A stretch of DNA of 64,000 nucleotides from an uncultured Bacillota bacterium (GCA_947383275.1 CANDCW010000002.1:19873-83872); one strand, 5' to 3'; positions 50,339 to 59,834 are shown, numbered from the stretch's first letter. The notes: a model not told the origin generated them from the letters alone. A program made the numbers and translations.

Positions 50339-50509
50339 ATGTCGGATAAAGAATTGGTCACGATGACAATCGAACATTATGGCGACCTGCAACGGATTAA
50401 GCAAGCGAACGGCGACCATGAAAACCCGGCCCTTGACTATGTGCTGAAACTAACGGTTGCCAAGCTGTCCTCTCTGGGTGTGAATGTTGAGGACATCACG
50501 CTGAACTGA
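50339..50509 (+). CDS. 56-aa small protein (not in ORF track)
   Basis: AAAGGAG RBS, MSDKELVTMTIEHYGDLQRIKQANGDHENPALDYVLKLTVAKLSSLGVNVEDITLN, followed by a terminator at about 50535-50566. Confidence 0.75.
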   Translation: MSDKELVTMTIEHYGDLQRIKQANGDHENPALDYVLKLTVAKLSSLGVNVEDITLN

Positions 50510-50637
50510 CGGGGAATTTCTTCACAAATCCTACAAAACTCCCGCCGGACAAGCGGGAGTTTTTTTCCGTAGGGCTGTTGCAATCTGGGGAAAATGTGGT
50601 AAAATAAAAGGGACTTAATTATAAGGAGGTTATTCCC

Positions 50638-51606
50638 ATGCCCCTTGTTACTTCTACCGAAATGTTCAAGAAGGCCTATAACGGCGGCTACGCCATCGGC
50701 GCCTTCAACGTCAACAACATGGAGATCGTCCAGGGCATCACCGAGGCCTGCCGCGAGGAGAAGGCCCCTGTGATCCTCCAGGTCTCCAAGGGCGCCCGGG
50801 CCTACGCCAACCACACCTACCTGGTGAAGCTGGTGGAGTCCGCCGTCATTGAGTGCCCCGAGATCCCCATCGTGCTCCACCTGGATCACGGCGACAGCTT
50901 TGAGACCTGCAAGTCCTGCATTGATGGCGGCTTTACCTCCGTCATGATTGACGCCTCCTCCAAGCCCTTTGCCGAGAACATCGAGATCACCAAGAAGGTG
51001 GTGGAGTACGCCCACGACCACGGTGTGGTTGTCGAGGCCGAGCTGGGCGCTCTGGCCGGCGTAGAGGACGAGGTCAACGTGTCCGCCGAGCAGTCCCACT
51101 ACACCCGCCCCGAAGAGGTGGAGGAGTTCGTCTCCAAGACCGGCTGTGACTCCCTGGCCATTGCCATCGGCACCAGCCACGGCGCTTACAAGTTCACCGC
51201 CGCTCAGTGCACCCGCAACGAGCAGGGGGAGCTGGTTCCACCCCCCCTGCGCTTCGACATCCTGGAGGAGGTCGTCAAGCGCCTGCCTGGCTTCCCCATC
51301 GTGCTCCACGGTTCCTCCAGTGTTCCCCAGGAGTATGTGAAGATGGTCAACACCAACGGCGGCAAGATGCCCGATGCTGTTGGCATTCCCGAGGCCCAGC
51401 TGCGCCAGGCCGCTAAGAGCGCTGTATGTAAGATCAACATTGACTCCGATCTGCGCTTGGCTATGACTGGTACCATTCGTCAGTTCTTCAATGAGCACCC
51501 TGATAAGTTTGACCCCCGCGAGTATCTGAAACCCGCCCGGGCCAATATCAAGGAACTGGTCCGCCACAAGCTGGTGGATGTCCTGGGGTGCAACGGCAAG
51601 GCTTAA
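50638..51606 (+). CDS. fba: Class II fructose-1,6-bisphosphate aldolase
   Basis: GAFN, HLDHG, VEAELG, GTSHG, VLHGSS, KINID. Confidence 0.96.
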   Translation: MPLVTSTEMFKKAYNGGYAIGAFNVNNMEIVQGITEACREEKAPVILQVSKGARAYANHTYLVKLVESAVIECPEIPIVLHLDHGDSFETCKSCIDGGFTSVMIDASSKPFAENIEITKKVVEYAHDHGVVVEAELGALAGVEDEVNVSAEQSHYTRPEEVEEFVSKTGCDSLAIAIGTSHGAYKFTAAQCTRNEQGELVPPPLRFDILEEVVKRLPGFPIVLHGSSSVPQEYVKMVNTNGGKMPDAVGIPEAQLRQAAKSAVCKINIDSDLRLAMTGTIRQFFNEHPDKFDPREYLKPARANIKELVRHKLVDVLGCNGKA

Positions 51607-51620
51607 GTTCGTCCGGCTTA

Positions 51621-51650
51621 CAAAAGGGAGCGCCGAAGCGCTCCCTTTTG
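51621..51650 (+). terminator. Terminator after fba
   Basis: CAAAAGGGAGCG / CGCTCCCTTTTG. Confidence 0.85.
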
Positions 51651-51828
51651 TTATCTCAAAGCCGCAGGTAAACAAAAACTAGATTTTGTTTATCTAATGT
51701 TATTTAAGAGCGTGTTTTTCCAGTTGGATATACCCATGTTAACTTTAGTTGACAAATTTCCAAGCGCGTTTGGTTGACGGGAGAGGGAGACAGTTGTTAT
51801 AGTTGGGACATCAAAAGGAGGTTTTCGT

Positions 51829-52614
51829 ATGAATTTTGCGGAACAGCTGATGGCCCTGCGGAAACAACGGGGGTGGTCTCAGGAAGAGTTGGGCAGTAGA
51901 GTTGGCGTAACCCGTCAGACAGTGTCCAAATGGGAGATGGGGCAGAGCACTCCGGAATTGGAGAAGCTGGTGGAGCTGTCCCGGCTTTTTGACATGTCCA
52001 TCGACCGGCTGGTGGGGCTGGAGGAGGCCAAGGAAAGGAGCACCCCCTGGGAGGAGATGAAACATGCCTCCGGCACGCGGCCCTGCGGGGTTTTTTATGA
52101 ATATGTAAGCCCTATAAAGGTATTTGGCCTGCCGCTGGTTCATGTGCGTATGGGCTACGGCCCTCAACTGGCCAAGGGGATCATCGCCATAGGAAACTGC
52201 GCCGTGGGGGTGGTGGCCATCGGCGGCTGCTCGTTGGGGCTGATCTCCCTGGGCGGTGTCAGCTTAGGGCTGCTCCTGGCCCTGGGCGGTGTCGGCCTGG
52301 GACTGTTTGCTCTAGGCGGGCTGGCCGTTGGAGGCTTTGCGGTGGGTGGATGCGCTGTGGGACAGTGGCTTGCCATTGGCGGCGGGGCCTTTTCTAACTA
52401 TCTGGCCATTGGCGGTGGGGCCTGGTCCAGAGGGCTGGCTGTTGGCGGCTCTGCCATTGGGCATATTGCGGTAGGGAAGCAGGATGCCAGTGGGGTGTTT
52501 GCCTTTCTTCGAGAGAACGAGCATCGTATTGAGGATATCTGGTTCACTGTAAAGCAGGAATTCCCCCACATGTGGGATTGGGTCAGAAACGTGATCCAGT
52601 GGGCGCTGAGCTGA
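51829..52614 (+). CDS. XRE HTH regulator fused to a Gly-rich membrane domain
   Basis: SQEELG..VGVTRQTVSKWE HTH, then EY.SP..FGLPLVH, AKGIIAIG and repeated A(I/V)GG units. Confidence 0.85.
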   Translation: MNFAEQLMALRKQRGWSQEELGSRVGVTRQTVSKWEMGQSTPELEKLVELSRLFDMSIDRLVGLEEAKERSTPWEEMKHASGTRPCGVFYEYVSPIKVFGLPLVHVRMGYGPQLAKGIIAIGNCAVGVVAIGGCSLGLISLGGVSLGLLLALGGVGLGLFALGGLAVGGFAVGGCAVGQWLAIGGGAFSNYLAIGGGAWSRGLAVGGSAIGHIAVGKQDASGVFAFLRENEHRIEDIWFTVKQEFPHMWDWVRNVIQWALS

Positions 52615-52669
52615 CAGGCACTTTTCCTTGTTTACCCGCATAGTTTAGGGAAAAGAGGAGGTTTTCCCT

Positions 52670-53167
52670 ATGACTTTGTGCCCCTATGACCGCCAGGCGG
52701 CGGTAGACTATGCCCACCGCTGGGCCTACCACCGAAATCCCAATTTTTACAATTTTGATGAGCTGGGAGGCGACTGCACCAACTTCGCTTCTCAGTGCTT
52801 GTTTGCCGGCTCCGGCGTGATGAATTACACTCCTACCTTTGGCTGGTTTTACAACAGCCAGTACAGCCGGGCTCCTGCCTGGACGGGAGTACCCTTTTTC
52901 TATAATTTCCTCACCCGGAAGAAGGAGGGGCCCGGTCCGGTGGGTAAGGAGGTGGAAGTAAATGGGATTCTGCCTGGGGATTTTGTTCAGCTGCGTTTTG
53001 CGGCCGGTCCCTTTGCCCACAACCCGGTGATCGTATCGGTGGGAAACCCGCCCGCTTTGGATAATATTCTGGTGGCTGCCCATACCGAGGATGCCGACTA
53101 CCGCCCCTTGTCCACATATCCCATCCGTGAAGCGCGTTTTCTACACATTTTGGGGGCGTACTGTTGA
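52670..53167 (+). CDS. Amidase_6-type protein (probably spore-associated)
   Basis: YDR.AAV.YA..W, GGDCTNFASQCL, H, AAHT. SigmaK-like AC-N17-CATAGTTTA promoter at 52620-52647. Confidence 0.82.
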   Translation: MTLCPYDRQAAVDYAHRWAYHRNPNFYNFDELGGDCTNFASQCLFAGSGVMNYTPTFGWFYNSQYSRAPAWTGVPFFYNFLTRKKEGPGPVGKEVEVNGILPGDFVQLRFAAGPFAHNPVIVSVGNPPALDNILVAAHTEDADYRPLSTYPIREARFLHILGAYC

Positions 53168-53219
53168 CCCGGATTCCGGTAATGTGATAAGATAGATACC
53201 AAAGGGGAGGGGACGGCGG

Positions 53220-54074
53220 ATGAGACAGCTGCGGAAGGCTTATCTGGAGATTACTAACGTGTGCAATCTGCGTTGCGTGTTCTGCCCTGGAACCCGACGG
53301 CCCCCCGGATTTCTTTCACCGGAGAATTTTCAGCTCTTGGCCAAACGGCTGCGGCCGCATACGGAGTATTTATACCTCCATCTTATGGGGGAACCGCTTC
53401 TTCATCCCCAGTTAAAGGAAATTTTGGAGCAGGCCGGGCGGCTGCGCTTTCGGGTGATGATTACCACAAACGGTACATTGCTTAGGGAGCAGGAGACTTT
53501 GCTTTGCACTGCCCCGGCGGTGGAGAAGGTCAGTATTTCCCTTCACTCCTTTGAGGGTAGCGGAGGAGACAGCCTGAATACATATCTGGATATCTGCTTC
53601 CGTTTTGCCCGCAGTGCCGCCCGGGTTGGTAAACGGTGTGCCTTGCGGCTGTGGAACCTGGACGGAGCGGACACGCGGGGGGCCAACCGCAAAAACGATG
53701 AGATTCTGTCCGCTATGGAGCGTGCATTTCCAAAGCCCTGGAAAGCGGGGCGCCAGGGAACGACGCTGGCCCCCAACATTTTCCTGGAGTGGGGCGAGAA
53801 ATTTAACTGGCCTGATTTGTCTCTGCCTGAGACGGGTGGCTCTGGTTTTTGCTACGGCCTGCGGGACCAGGTGGGGGTATTGTGGGATGGTACGGTAGTG
53901 CCCTGCTGTCTGGACCACGAGGGAGATATTCCCTTGGGCAATCTTTACTGCGGGACATTGGCGGAGATTCTGGATAGTCCCAGGGCCCGGGCCATTTACA
54001 GCGGCTTTTCCCAGGGCAGAACCCAGGAGGAGTTGTGCCGCCGGTGTGGTTTTGCAAACCGTTTTAAAAAGTGA
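53220..54074 (+). CDS. Radical SAM protein with SPASM/Twitch domain
   Basis: CNLRCVFC, GEPLLHP, TTNG, C...VPCC.D...CRRC. Confidence 0.9.
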   Translation: MRQLRKAYLEITNVCNLRCVFCPGTRRPPGFLSPENFQLLAKRLRPHTEYLYLHLMGEPLLHPQLKEILEQAGRLRFRVMITTNGTLLREQETLLCTAPAVEKVSISLHSFEGSGGDSLNTYLDICFRFARSAARVGKRCALRLWNLDGADTRGANRKNDEILSAMERAFPKPWKAGRQGTTLAPNIFLEWGEKFNWPDLSLPETGGSGFCYGLRDQVGVLWDGTVVPCCLDHEGDIPLGNLYCGTLAEILDSPRARAIYSGFSQGRTQEELCRRCGFANRFKK

Positions 54075-54101
54075 AGAGAGGCCCAAATATGGGCCTCTCT
54101 T
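54074..54101. terminator. Bidirectional terminator
   Basis: AAGAGAGGCCCA / TGGGCCTCTCTT. Confidence 0.75.
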
Positions 54102-54109
54102 TGCCGTTT

Positions 54110-55924
54110 TCACCTGTGCAGGCGTTCATATGTGACGCTGTGAACAGCGCGGACAAATTTTTCCACTTCTGGTGTTTCCTCCATAGCCAGCCGGGTATTG
54201 TAATAGGGAACCGCGTCATAACAATTCAGCAGCAGGTTCATGTAGGGCGTGCGCTGGAAACCAGTACACAGTGCTACAGCGTCCATCAGGTAGTACGTGG
54301 AAAGGCTGTTCCCAGTATTTTCTGTAAAAATCCCGGGATTCAGCGGCCGATTGGCATAGATTAGAAAGGGGGTAGAATACATCTTTTTCCGGGCCTCAGG
54401 GTAAAAATTGTTGAAAGCTGGAAAAAAACCGCTTTCATCATAAGCTGCCAGATTGGCGCCCAAAGTGGGTTTGTGGTCGCCGAAGAAGATGAGTACCGTA
54501 GGCCGGTCCCGCATGTCGATGTAGTCAGCCAACGCGCCCAGCATTTGATCGGCATCTTGAAGCCCCTGAACATAGGTGGTAACCGCATCCAGATTTTCCC
54601 GGGACAGCCGGCCGGAGGAGACAGAAAGGCCGATTTCCTCTTGGGGCATGGGGGCATAGGGTTGATGATTCTGCATGGTAATGGCAAAGAGAAGGGTAGG
54701 CTCCTCTGACTGGTCCAGTACCTGCTCTATGCAGGTTTCCAGGTACTGGTCAGTAGTATAACCCCGCTTGTAGGTGAGCTCGCCCATTTCGTACAGTTCA
54801 TCGAAGCTGTAAAATAGGTCAAAGCCCAAATTTGGGTAGGCGGTGTTCCGGGCATAGAAGGTGGCGGTATTGGGGTGCATAGCCACAGTGCGGTAGCCTG
54901 CGTTTTGATAGTTGGATACATAGCTCTCCAGTGGGCGGTTGACATACTCGTAGGGGGTAGCCCCACTGGGGAGGGCTTCGGTACTCAAGCCGGTGAGAAT
55001 CTCAAATTCCGGGCGGACCGTCCCACCGCCAATAGCATTGGTGTACATCGTCCCGCTGTAACAGTTGCCATGGTGAAGCAGTTCGTCATATCGGGGCAGC
55101 GGGTTTTCGCTGAAGGTCAGGCCGGGCATCTCCCGCAGATCGCAAAAACTCTCGCTGAGCACTAGGATCACATCAAAGTTCCCGACAGAGGATTCAGTTT
55201 CCTTATAACCGGACAGTAGCCGTTCCACAAATTCTCGGGAGTAGCCCTTGGGCTGTTGAAGTCCCATGGTATTTAGGTTCAGGACAAAGGCGCCTATAAA
55301 ACCGTTTTCCTTGTAATTGAAAAGCTGAAGTACAGTTTGCTCAGGGTAAATACCGAAGTGTTCCAGCATTGCGGTCATCCTGGCCTGCCCGGAGCAGAAC
55401 ACGGCGCATAGGGATATCGCTGAAGCGGCAAAAAACAGCCGTTCCTTTCTTCGAATAGGTAGGCGTAGCCTCAGAACTGCCAGACCAATACACCAAACGG
55501 CCAGCAGCAGGATGGCCTGAGGCATCCACTTGGGAAGCCCACCGCTGAGGTACGAAAGAAGTGAACCAGCCTCCCCCGCCATCAAAACATCTTTTGGAAA
55601 GAAGGGGTCACCGTTCAGAGCTGTTTTTGTGTAGTTGATAAAGCCAGCCAAGATGGAGACGCCACCCATCAGTGCGCAAGCCGGGGCGGCCCTACCCAAT
55701 AGAAGCAAAAGGAGAGTAAACAGCACAAAACACACCAGCAGACCAAAGAGAGATGGGGCGGGGTGGTTTCTCCAGAAATCCAGAAGGATGTCCAGCTGGC
55801 CAGTGTTGTAGTATTCCAAGATCAAGCAGCAGTAGGGCGGGAAGAAAAGCAGACTGGTCCAGCCCAGCCAGTACAGCGGCCTGACTGCGCGAAGCCGGCT
55901 GATTAGGTTGGGCAAAAGGATCAC
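54110..55924 (-). CDS. LTA synthase family (sulfatase-like) protein
   Basis: N-terminal TM helices, LSESF, GGGT...EFE (catalytic Thr), TMQNH, FGDH. Confidence 0.88.
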   Translation of the reverse strand: MILLPNLISRLRAVRPLYWLGWTSLLFFPPYCCLILEYYNTGQLDILLDFWRNHPAPSLFGLLVCFVLFTLLLLLLGRAAPACALMGGVSILAGFINYTKTALNGDPFFPKDVLMAGEAGSLLSYLSGGLPKWMPQAILLLAVWCIGLAVLRLRLPIRRKERLFFAASAISLCAVFCSGQARMTAMLEHFGIYPEQTVLQLFNYKENGFIGAFVLNLNTMGLQQPKGYSREFVERLLSGYKETESSVGNFDVILVLSESFCDLREMPGLTFSENPLPRYDELLHHGNCYSGTMYTNAIGGGTVRPEFEILTGLSTEALPSGATPYEYVNRPLESYVSNYQNAGYRTVAMHPNTATFYARNTAYPNLGFDLFYSFDELYEMGELTYKRGYTTDQYLETCIEQVLDQSEEPTLLFAITMQNHQPYAPMPQEEIGLSVSSGRLSRENLDAVTTYVQGLQDADQMLGALADYIDMRDRPTVLIFFGDHKPTLGANLAAYDESGFFPAFNNFYPEARKKMYSTPFLIYANRPLNPGIFTENTGNSLSTYYLMDAVALCTGFQRTPYMNLLLNCYDAVPYYNTRLAMEETPEVEKFVRAVHSVTYERLHR

Positions 55925-55943
55925 CTCTTTCGTTGCCGGTGGC

Positions 55944-56138
55944 TCATTCCGCCTCTATGAAGTCCGCAAGATTGTCAATCCTGGCCTGCAGACGGCCCAG
56001 CGTCTTTTGCAGTGCGTCCCGATTAACGTCTAAGTCGCTGGCGGACAGCCCTGCTAACGCCAGCATCTGCTCCAGGGTGTGCTCAACCTCGGCCAGCGCG
56101 TCATCGGGGGTTCGGGGATATAGCGGGTGTTCCTGCAT
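55944..56138 (-). CDS. Small hypothetical protein
   Basis: 64-aa helical ORF with an AAGGGTG RBS, directly upstream of the LTA synthase gene. Confidence 0.55.
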   Translation of the reverse strand: MQEHPLYPRTPDDALAEVEHTLEQMLALAGLSASDLDVNRDALQKTLGRLQARIDNLADFIEAE

Positions 56139-56196
56139 ATTACATCACCCTTTCAGGGAGAAATGCAAACAGTATATCACAAAAACTAAAGAAAGT

Positions 56197-56249
56197 CAAA
56201 AGAAAAACAGACCGGCAGGGACTGGGCTCACAACTCAGTCCCTGCCGGT
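56197..56249 (-). terminator. Terminator of the cotJC 3' fragment
   Basis: ACCGGCAGGGACTG / CAGTCCCTGCCGGT stem with a T-rich tail on the minus strand, just after the TAA at 56262. Confidence 0.8.
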
Positions 56250-56261
56250 TGATGCTATACC

Positions 56262-56486
56262 TTACATACGGTTTCGCACACGGGGTTCAGGCTGACCTCG
56301 GTCAAAAGCCGGGTTAGTAAGATAAACGTTTTTAGCGTCCATTTTCTCTTTGCATAGCCTCAGACACTCACCAAAGCGCTGGAAATGAACAATTTCCCGC
56401 TCTCGAAGGAAGCGGATTACGTTATTTACATCCGGGTCATCAGACAGCCTCAGAATATTGTCGTAGGTGAGGCGGGCTTTCTGCTC
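56262..56486 (-). pseudogene. cotJC: 3' part of cotJC (manganese catalase family spore coat protein), interrupted by an integrated element
   Basis: Manual translation gives EQKARLTYDNILRLSDDPDVNNVIRFLREREIVHFQRFGECLRL...NPAFD...*. No start codon or RBS, and CotJC similarity stops abruptly upstream. Confidence 0.88.
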
Positions 56487-56605
56487 TGGTGCGACCTCGT
56501 AAGGACAACATTTTTCGTTGATGGGATTGGCTTTTTATACGTAGTGTGCTATTATGTCGATAGAAGCTCAAATATGTCGAAATTGCACTTAAAGGGGATA
56601 TAGAT

Positions 56606-58459
56606 ATGGATATTCTTTCGATGGCTTGGGATGTTATGAGTGCATTTGAAATCAGTCCGTATATTGCGATTATCGCTCTAATTGCTATTGGCTGCGTTTA
56701 CCTTTTGGTTCACGAGTACGGAAAAACATGGATATTTCATTTGATTCATAGAAAAAATCTCCCTTATGTGTGCGGAATTTTTGCTTTTATGTGCATTTTT
56801 TGGATATTTGCATATACGGGAATCTGGTATCGCTTCCCTATCTGGATTCGGGGACTACAAATTATCCTTTATGGAGTTTATGTTATACAAGTTTTGCGCT
56901 CAGTTAAATCACCAGTGTTATTTTCGGCTTGGTATCTCAAAAAATATCAAAAATATTTACAAGAAGGCAGGGCGAGAGAGCATAAGGAATTGATAGATAG
57001 AAAACCTTGGTATCTGCAAGACGCAGACGAGAAAGTGGCTTACCAGATTCTTAGAGCAAGGTATTTAAATGAAGAAGGAAGCATTCGGGCCAGTTATAAA
57101 GCCTTTGAATCTATTGATCAGAAACTGTTATATCCAGAAGAATTATCTGATCTTTATTATAGCCAGGCAGTGTTGCTGATTAGTTTAGGAAATCTTCCAA
57201 AAGCGAATCAAGTAATTCAAGGATTAGAAAATACAAATGCTCCTGCTTACTATGCTCTCCAATCTTATCTGGAAGAACTACAAGGAAACCAAGAAGAAGC
57301 ATATCAAATGGCTTGTATGGGTGAGAATGCAATTCCTGCTCAATATAAAGATTATCATATATTGATTTCGATTTATACTCATTTAGGACGAGTACACGCC
57401 TTTAAAAATAACTTCACAGAAATGTTTCGCTATTATAAAGCAGCCATTGAAGCAGCTAAAAAGTATAAGGATACAAGGACCTATCACATTACCTACCAGA
57501 ATTATTTGGGGCAAATTCAATTGCGTCAAATGCACTTAGAAGAATATGATACCCTGTTGTCAGAATACACTTCTCTTGTTTCTGATGCGTCACTGACGAA
57601 CCAATTGGAACTAGAGAATTTTAAGATTACCACAGCACGGCAAATAGGGGACAGGGCTAAAGAATATGAAGCAATAGAAGAGGGGTATCATAGGCTCCAT
57701 GCAATGGCAAAAATCCCTGACAAATATATGGTTGAAATTTCTACATTAAAAATGCTGAACAGTGGAGGATTCCCTATTGATTTAGTAATAGAGGATATAA
57801 AACAGCATTTCGATTTGTATTTTCAGATGCCTATGCCTGCGCGAATCAATGCCATACAAGACTTTACTTGTCCTCGTAATCCTACTTCAGAACAGGCACA
57901 ACTTTACAATCTGTGGACACAAAAACTTGTTGATTATGCAAGAGGACAAGCCTTAGCAGATTTGGAGAATTATGAGAAGAGTTTACCAACCGACTACTTT
58001 AATGAACGTTGCTGGGTACTTCTACAGCGTGTTGATTTTATCCGACGATCACAGGAGGTTTATGACGGCGAATTGGTATTACGGTTGATGGGGGATATTG
58101 TTCAGATTTATGAGCGTTCAGGACAACTGCTAAAGAAAATTGAGATGGAGAATAATCTTTTGAACGAATATGATGCCTTGATTCAGTTTGGACAGAAGAC
58201 CTCTGACGAAACTACTTTAAACCAGATGAAAGATATCGTAAATACCGCATATCAAGAGAGCCAACGAATACCCAGCCACGTAGCAGGGGCTTCTTTGCTT
58301 GACATAGCTCATTTTAGTGCTAAATTGGGCCTTATGGAACAGGCAAAAGAAACATTCTACAGATTTCAACGCACGCAAATATCCCCCATGCAATTTTCAG
58401 ACAGGCAGCAAGTAAGATACACCATGCTTACCAACACATTTGGAGAATCGGTGGAATAA
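56606..58459 (+). CDS. Membrane-anchored TPR-like helical-repeat cargo protein
   Basis: Three N-terminal TM segments, TPR-like helices (AVLLISLGNLPKA, LGRVHAFKNN..E...YY..A), AT-rich codons. Confidence 0.65.
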   Translation: MDILSMAWDVMSAFEISPYIAIIALIAIGCVYLLVHEYGKTWIFHLIHRKNLPYVCGIFAFMCIFWIFAYTGIWYRFPIWIRGLQIILYGVYVIQVLRSVKSPVLFSAWYLKKYQKYLQEGRAREHKELIDRKPWYLQDADEKVAYQILRARYLNEEGSIRASYKAFESIDQKLLYPEELSDLYYSQAVLLISLGNLPKANQVIQGLENTNAPAYYALQSYLEELQGNQEEAYQMACMGENAIPAQYKDYHILISIYTHLGRVHAFKNNFTEMFRYYKAAIEAAKKYKDTRTYHITYQNYLGQIQLRQMHLEEYDTLLSEYTSLVSDASLTNQLELENFKITTARQIGDRAKEYEAIEEGYHRLHAMAKIPDKYMVEISTLKMLNSGGFPIDLVIEDIKQHFDLYFQMPMPARINAIQDFTCPRNPTSEQAQLYNLWTQKLVDYARGQALADLENYEKSLPTDYFNERCWVLLQRVDFIRRSQEVYDGELVLRLMGDIVQIYERSGQLLKKIEMENNLLNEYDALIQFGQKTSDETTLNQMKDIVNTAYQESQRIPSHVAGASLLDIAHFSAKLGLMEQAKETFYRFQRTQISPMQFSDRQQVRYTMLTNTFGESVE

Positions 58460-58480
58460 ACCGACTACAAGTGTCTTATA

Positions 58481-59695
58481 TCAATACCACTCTTCCATTA
58501 GCAAAAAATCCCGGATATTCTTGTGCTTAATTCCGCTTCGACTCAAATCCAGTTCATCCATAGAAACCACATATTTGGGGAAATTATCACGGATACTGTC
58601 ATAAACGCCAAATTCTCTCTGAATCGTATCATCGGAAGCCAACAGGTAACTTACTTGGACGTATAGACGCTGATCTTTTTTTCCCCCAATAAAATCAATC
58701 TCTTTTTCGCCGGATTTTCCCACTGTTACGGTGTATCCCCGGCGAAGTAGTTCCAGAAAGACGATATTCTCCAAAATCAGGTTAATGTCCCGCATATTGC
58801 CGCCAAAGACGGCCTCCCGGATTCCGTGGTCGGCAATATAGTATTTTTCATTGGTAGTCAGGATAGACTTGCCCTGCAAGTCCTGACGCTTGACCCGATA
58901 GAATAAGAAAGCGTCCAAACAGTATCTGAGGTAATTTAAGACGGTTTCGGTGGATACGATGCGTCCCTCATTCTTAAAAAACTTAACGATTGATGTGGCA
59001 GAGAAAGTCGTACCAACATTGGCGGTGGCGTAGGCGATAATGCGCTCTAACAGGTCTATATCTCGAACGTTATTCCGCTTTACAATGTCTTTGAGAACCA
59101 CAGAATGGTATAGTCCTTCCAAATACTGTTGGCTGGGTTCTTCCTCAAACCGCAGACAACTCAGATAGGGCATTCCCCCGGCAGTCAAATACTTTGTGAA
59201 GCATTGGGGCTTGGAAGCACCGGGAAAGATGGATTGGTAGAGATCGGTAAATTCCGCAAAAGAGAATGGGTAGATAACAAATTCCACATACCGCCCCGCC
59301 AGATAGGTAGCAAGCTCACCGGAAAGCAACTTCGCATTGGAACCCGTGATGTAAATATCACAGTCCAATTCCACCCGGAATGAGTTCACGCACTTTTCCC
59401 AATCTGCGACCTCTTGGATCTCGTCAAAAAAAAGATAAACCTTACCCTCTGTCCCGGAGGTACGTTCGATGATTTCCTGATGAAGTGCCGCAGCCGTACA
59501 GAGGTGTGTAAATCTCATATTTTCAAAGTTGTAGGAAAAGAGTTGATTCTCCCCAACTCCTTTGGCAAGCAGTTCTTCCTTGATTAAGTCCAGCATAACA
59601 GATTTTCCACTGCGTCGGATGCCTGTCAAGACCTTAATCAAGTCGCTTCCGATAAAGGGTCGGATACGGCTCATATATAATTCACGCTGAATCAC
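58481..59695 (-). CDS. AAA_14 ATPase with DUF4143 / PD-(D/E)XK-like C-terminus
   Basis: GIRRSGKS, FDEIQ, TGSN, LAGR, GGMP, K.Y..D.G, EN.V..EL, EIDF...YVQV. Confidence 0.9.
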   Translation of the reverse strand: MIQRELYMSRIRPFIGSDLIKVLTGIRRSGKSVMLDLIKEELLAKGVGENQLFSYNFENMRFTHLCTAAALHQEIIERTSGTEGKVYLFFDEIQEVADWEKCVNSFRVELDCDIYITGSNAKLLSGELATYLAGRYVEFVIYPFSFAEFTDLYQSIFPGASKPQCFTKYLTAGGMPYLSCLRFEEEPSQQYLEGLYHSVVLKDIVKRNNVRDIDLLERIIAYATANVGTTFSATSIVKFFKNEGRIVSTETVLNYLRYCLDAFLFYRVKRQDLQGKSILTTNEKYYIADHGIREAVFGGNMRDINLILENIVFLELLRRGYTVTVGKSGEKEIDFIGGKKDQRLYVQVSYLLASDDTIQREFGVYDSIRDNFPKYVVSMDELDLSRSGIKHKNIRDFLLMEEWY

Positions 59696-59790
59696 CAGCT
59701 ACACCCCCTCGGTTGATATAAGTTAGTATATCACGCTTATAAATGAAAATCAACCGCACATTAAAAAATATATTCGATATATCTGATAGA

Positions 59791-59830
59791 ATAAAGGGAT
59801 AAACCGCTTTTTGACGGTTTATCCCTTTAT
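59791..59830 (-). terminator. Terminator downstream of the recombinase
   Basis: Perfect stem ATAAAGGGATAAACCG / CGGTTTATCCCTTTAT. Confidence 0.8.
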
Positions 59831-59834
59831 TAAA

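Noticed and set aside
52670..54074. Radical SAM/SPASM gene as a RiPP cluster
   Set aside because: No precursor peptide, RRE domain or transporter is adjacent, and the neighbouring amidase has its own promoter.
56205..56340. Possible ncRNA or riboswitch around the long hairpin
   Set aside because: It is explained as the end of the cotJC coding sequence plus its intrinsic terminator.
56385..56603. 72-aa plus-strand ORF (MNNFPLSKEADY...)
   Set aside because: It is the antisense shadow of the cotJC 3' fragment and the att junction.
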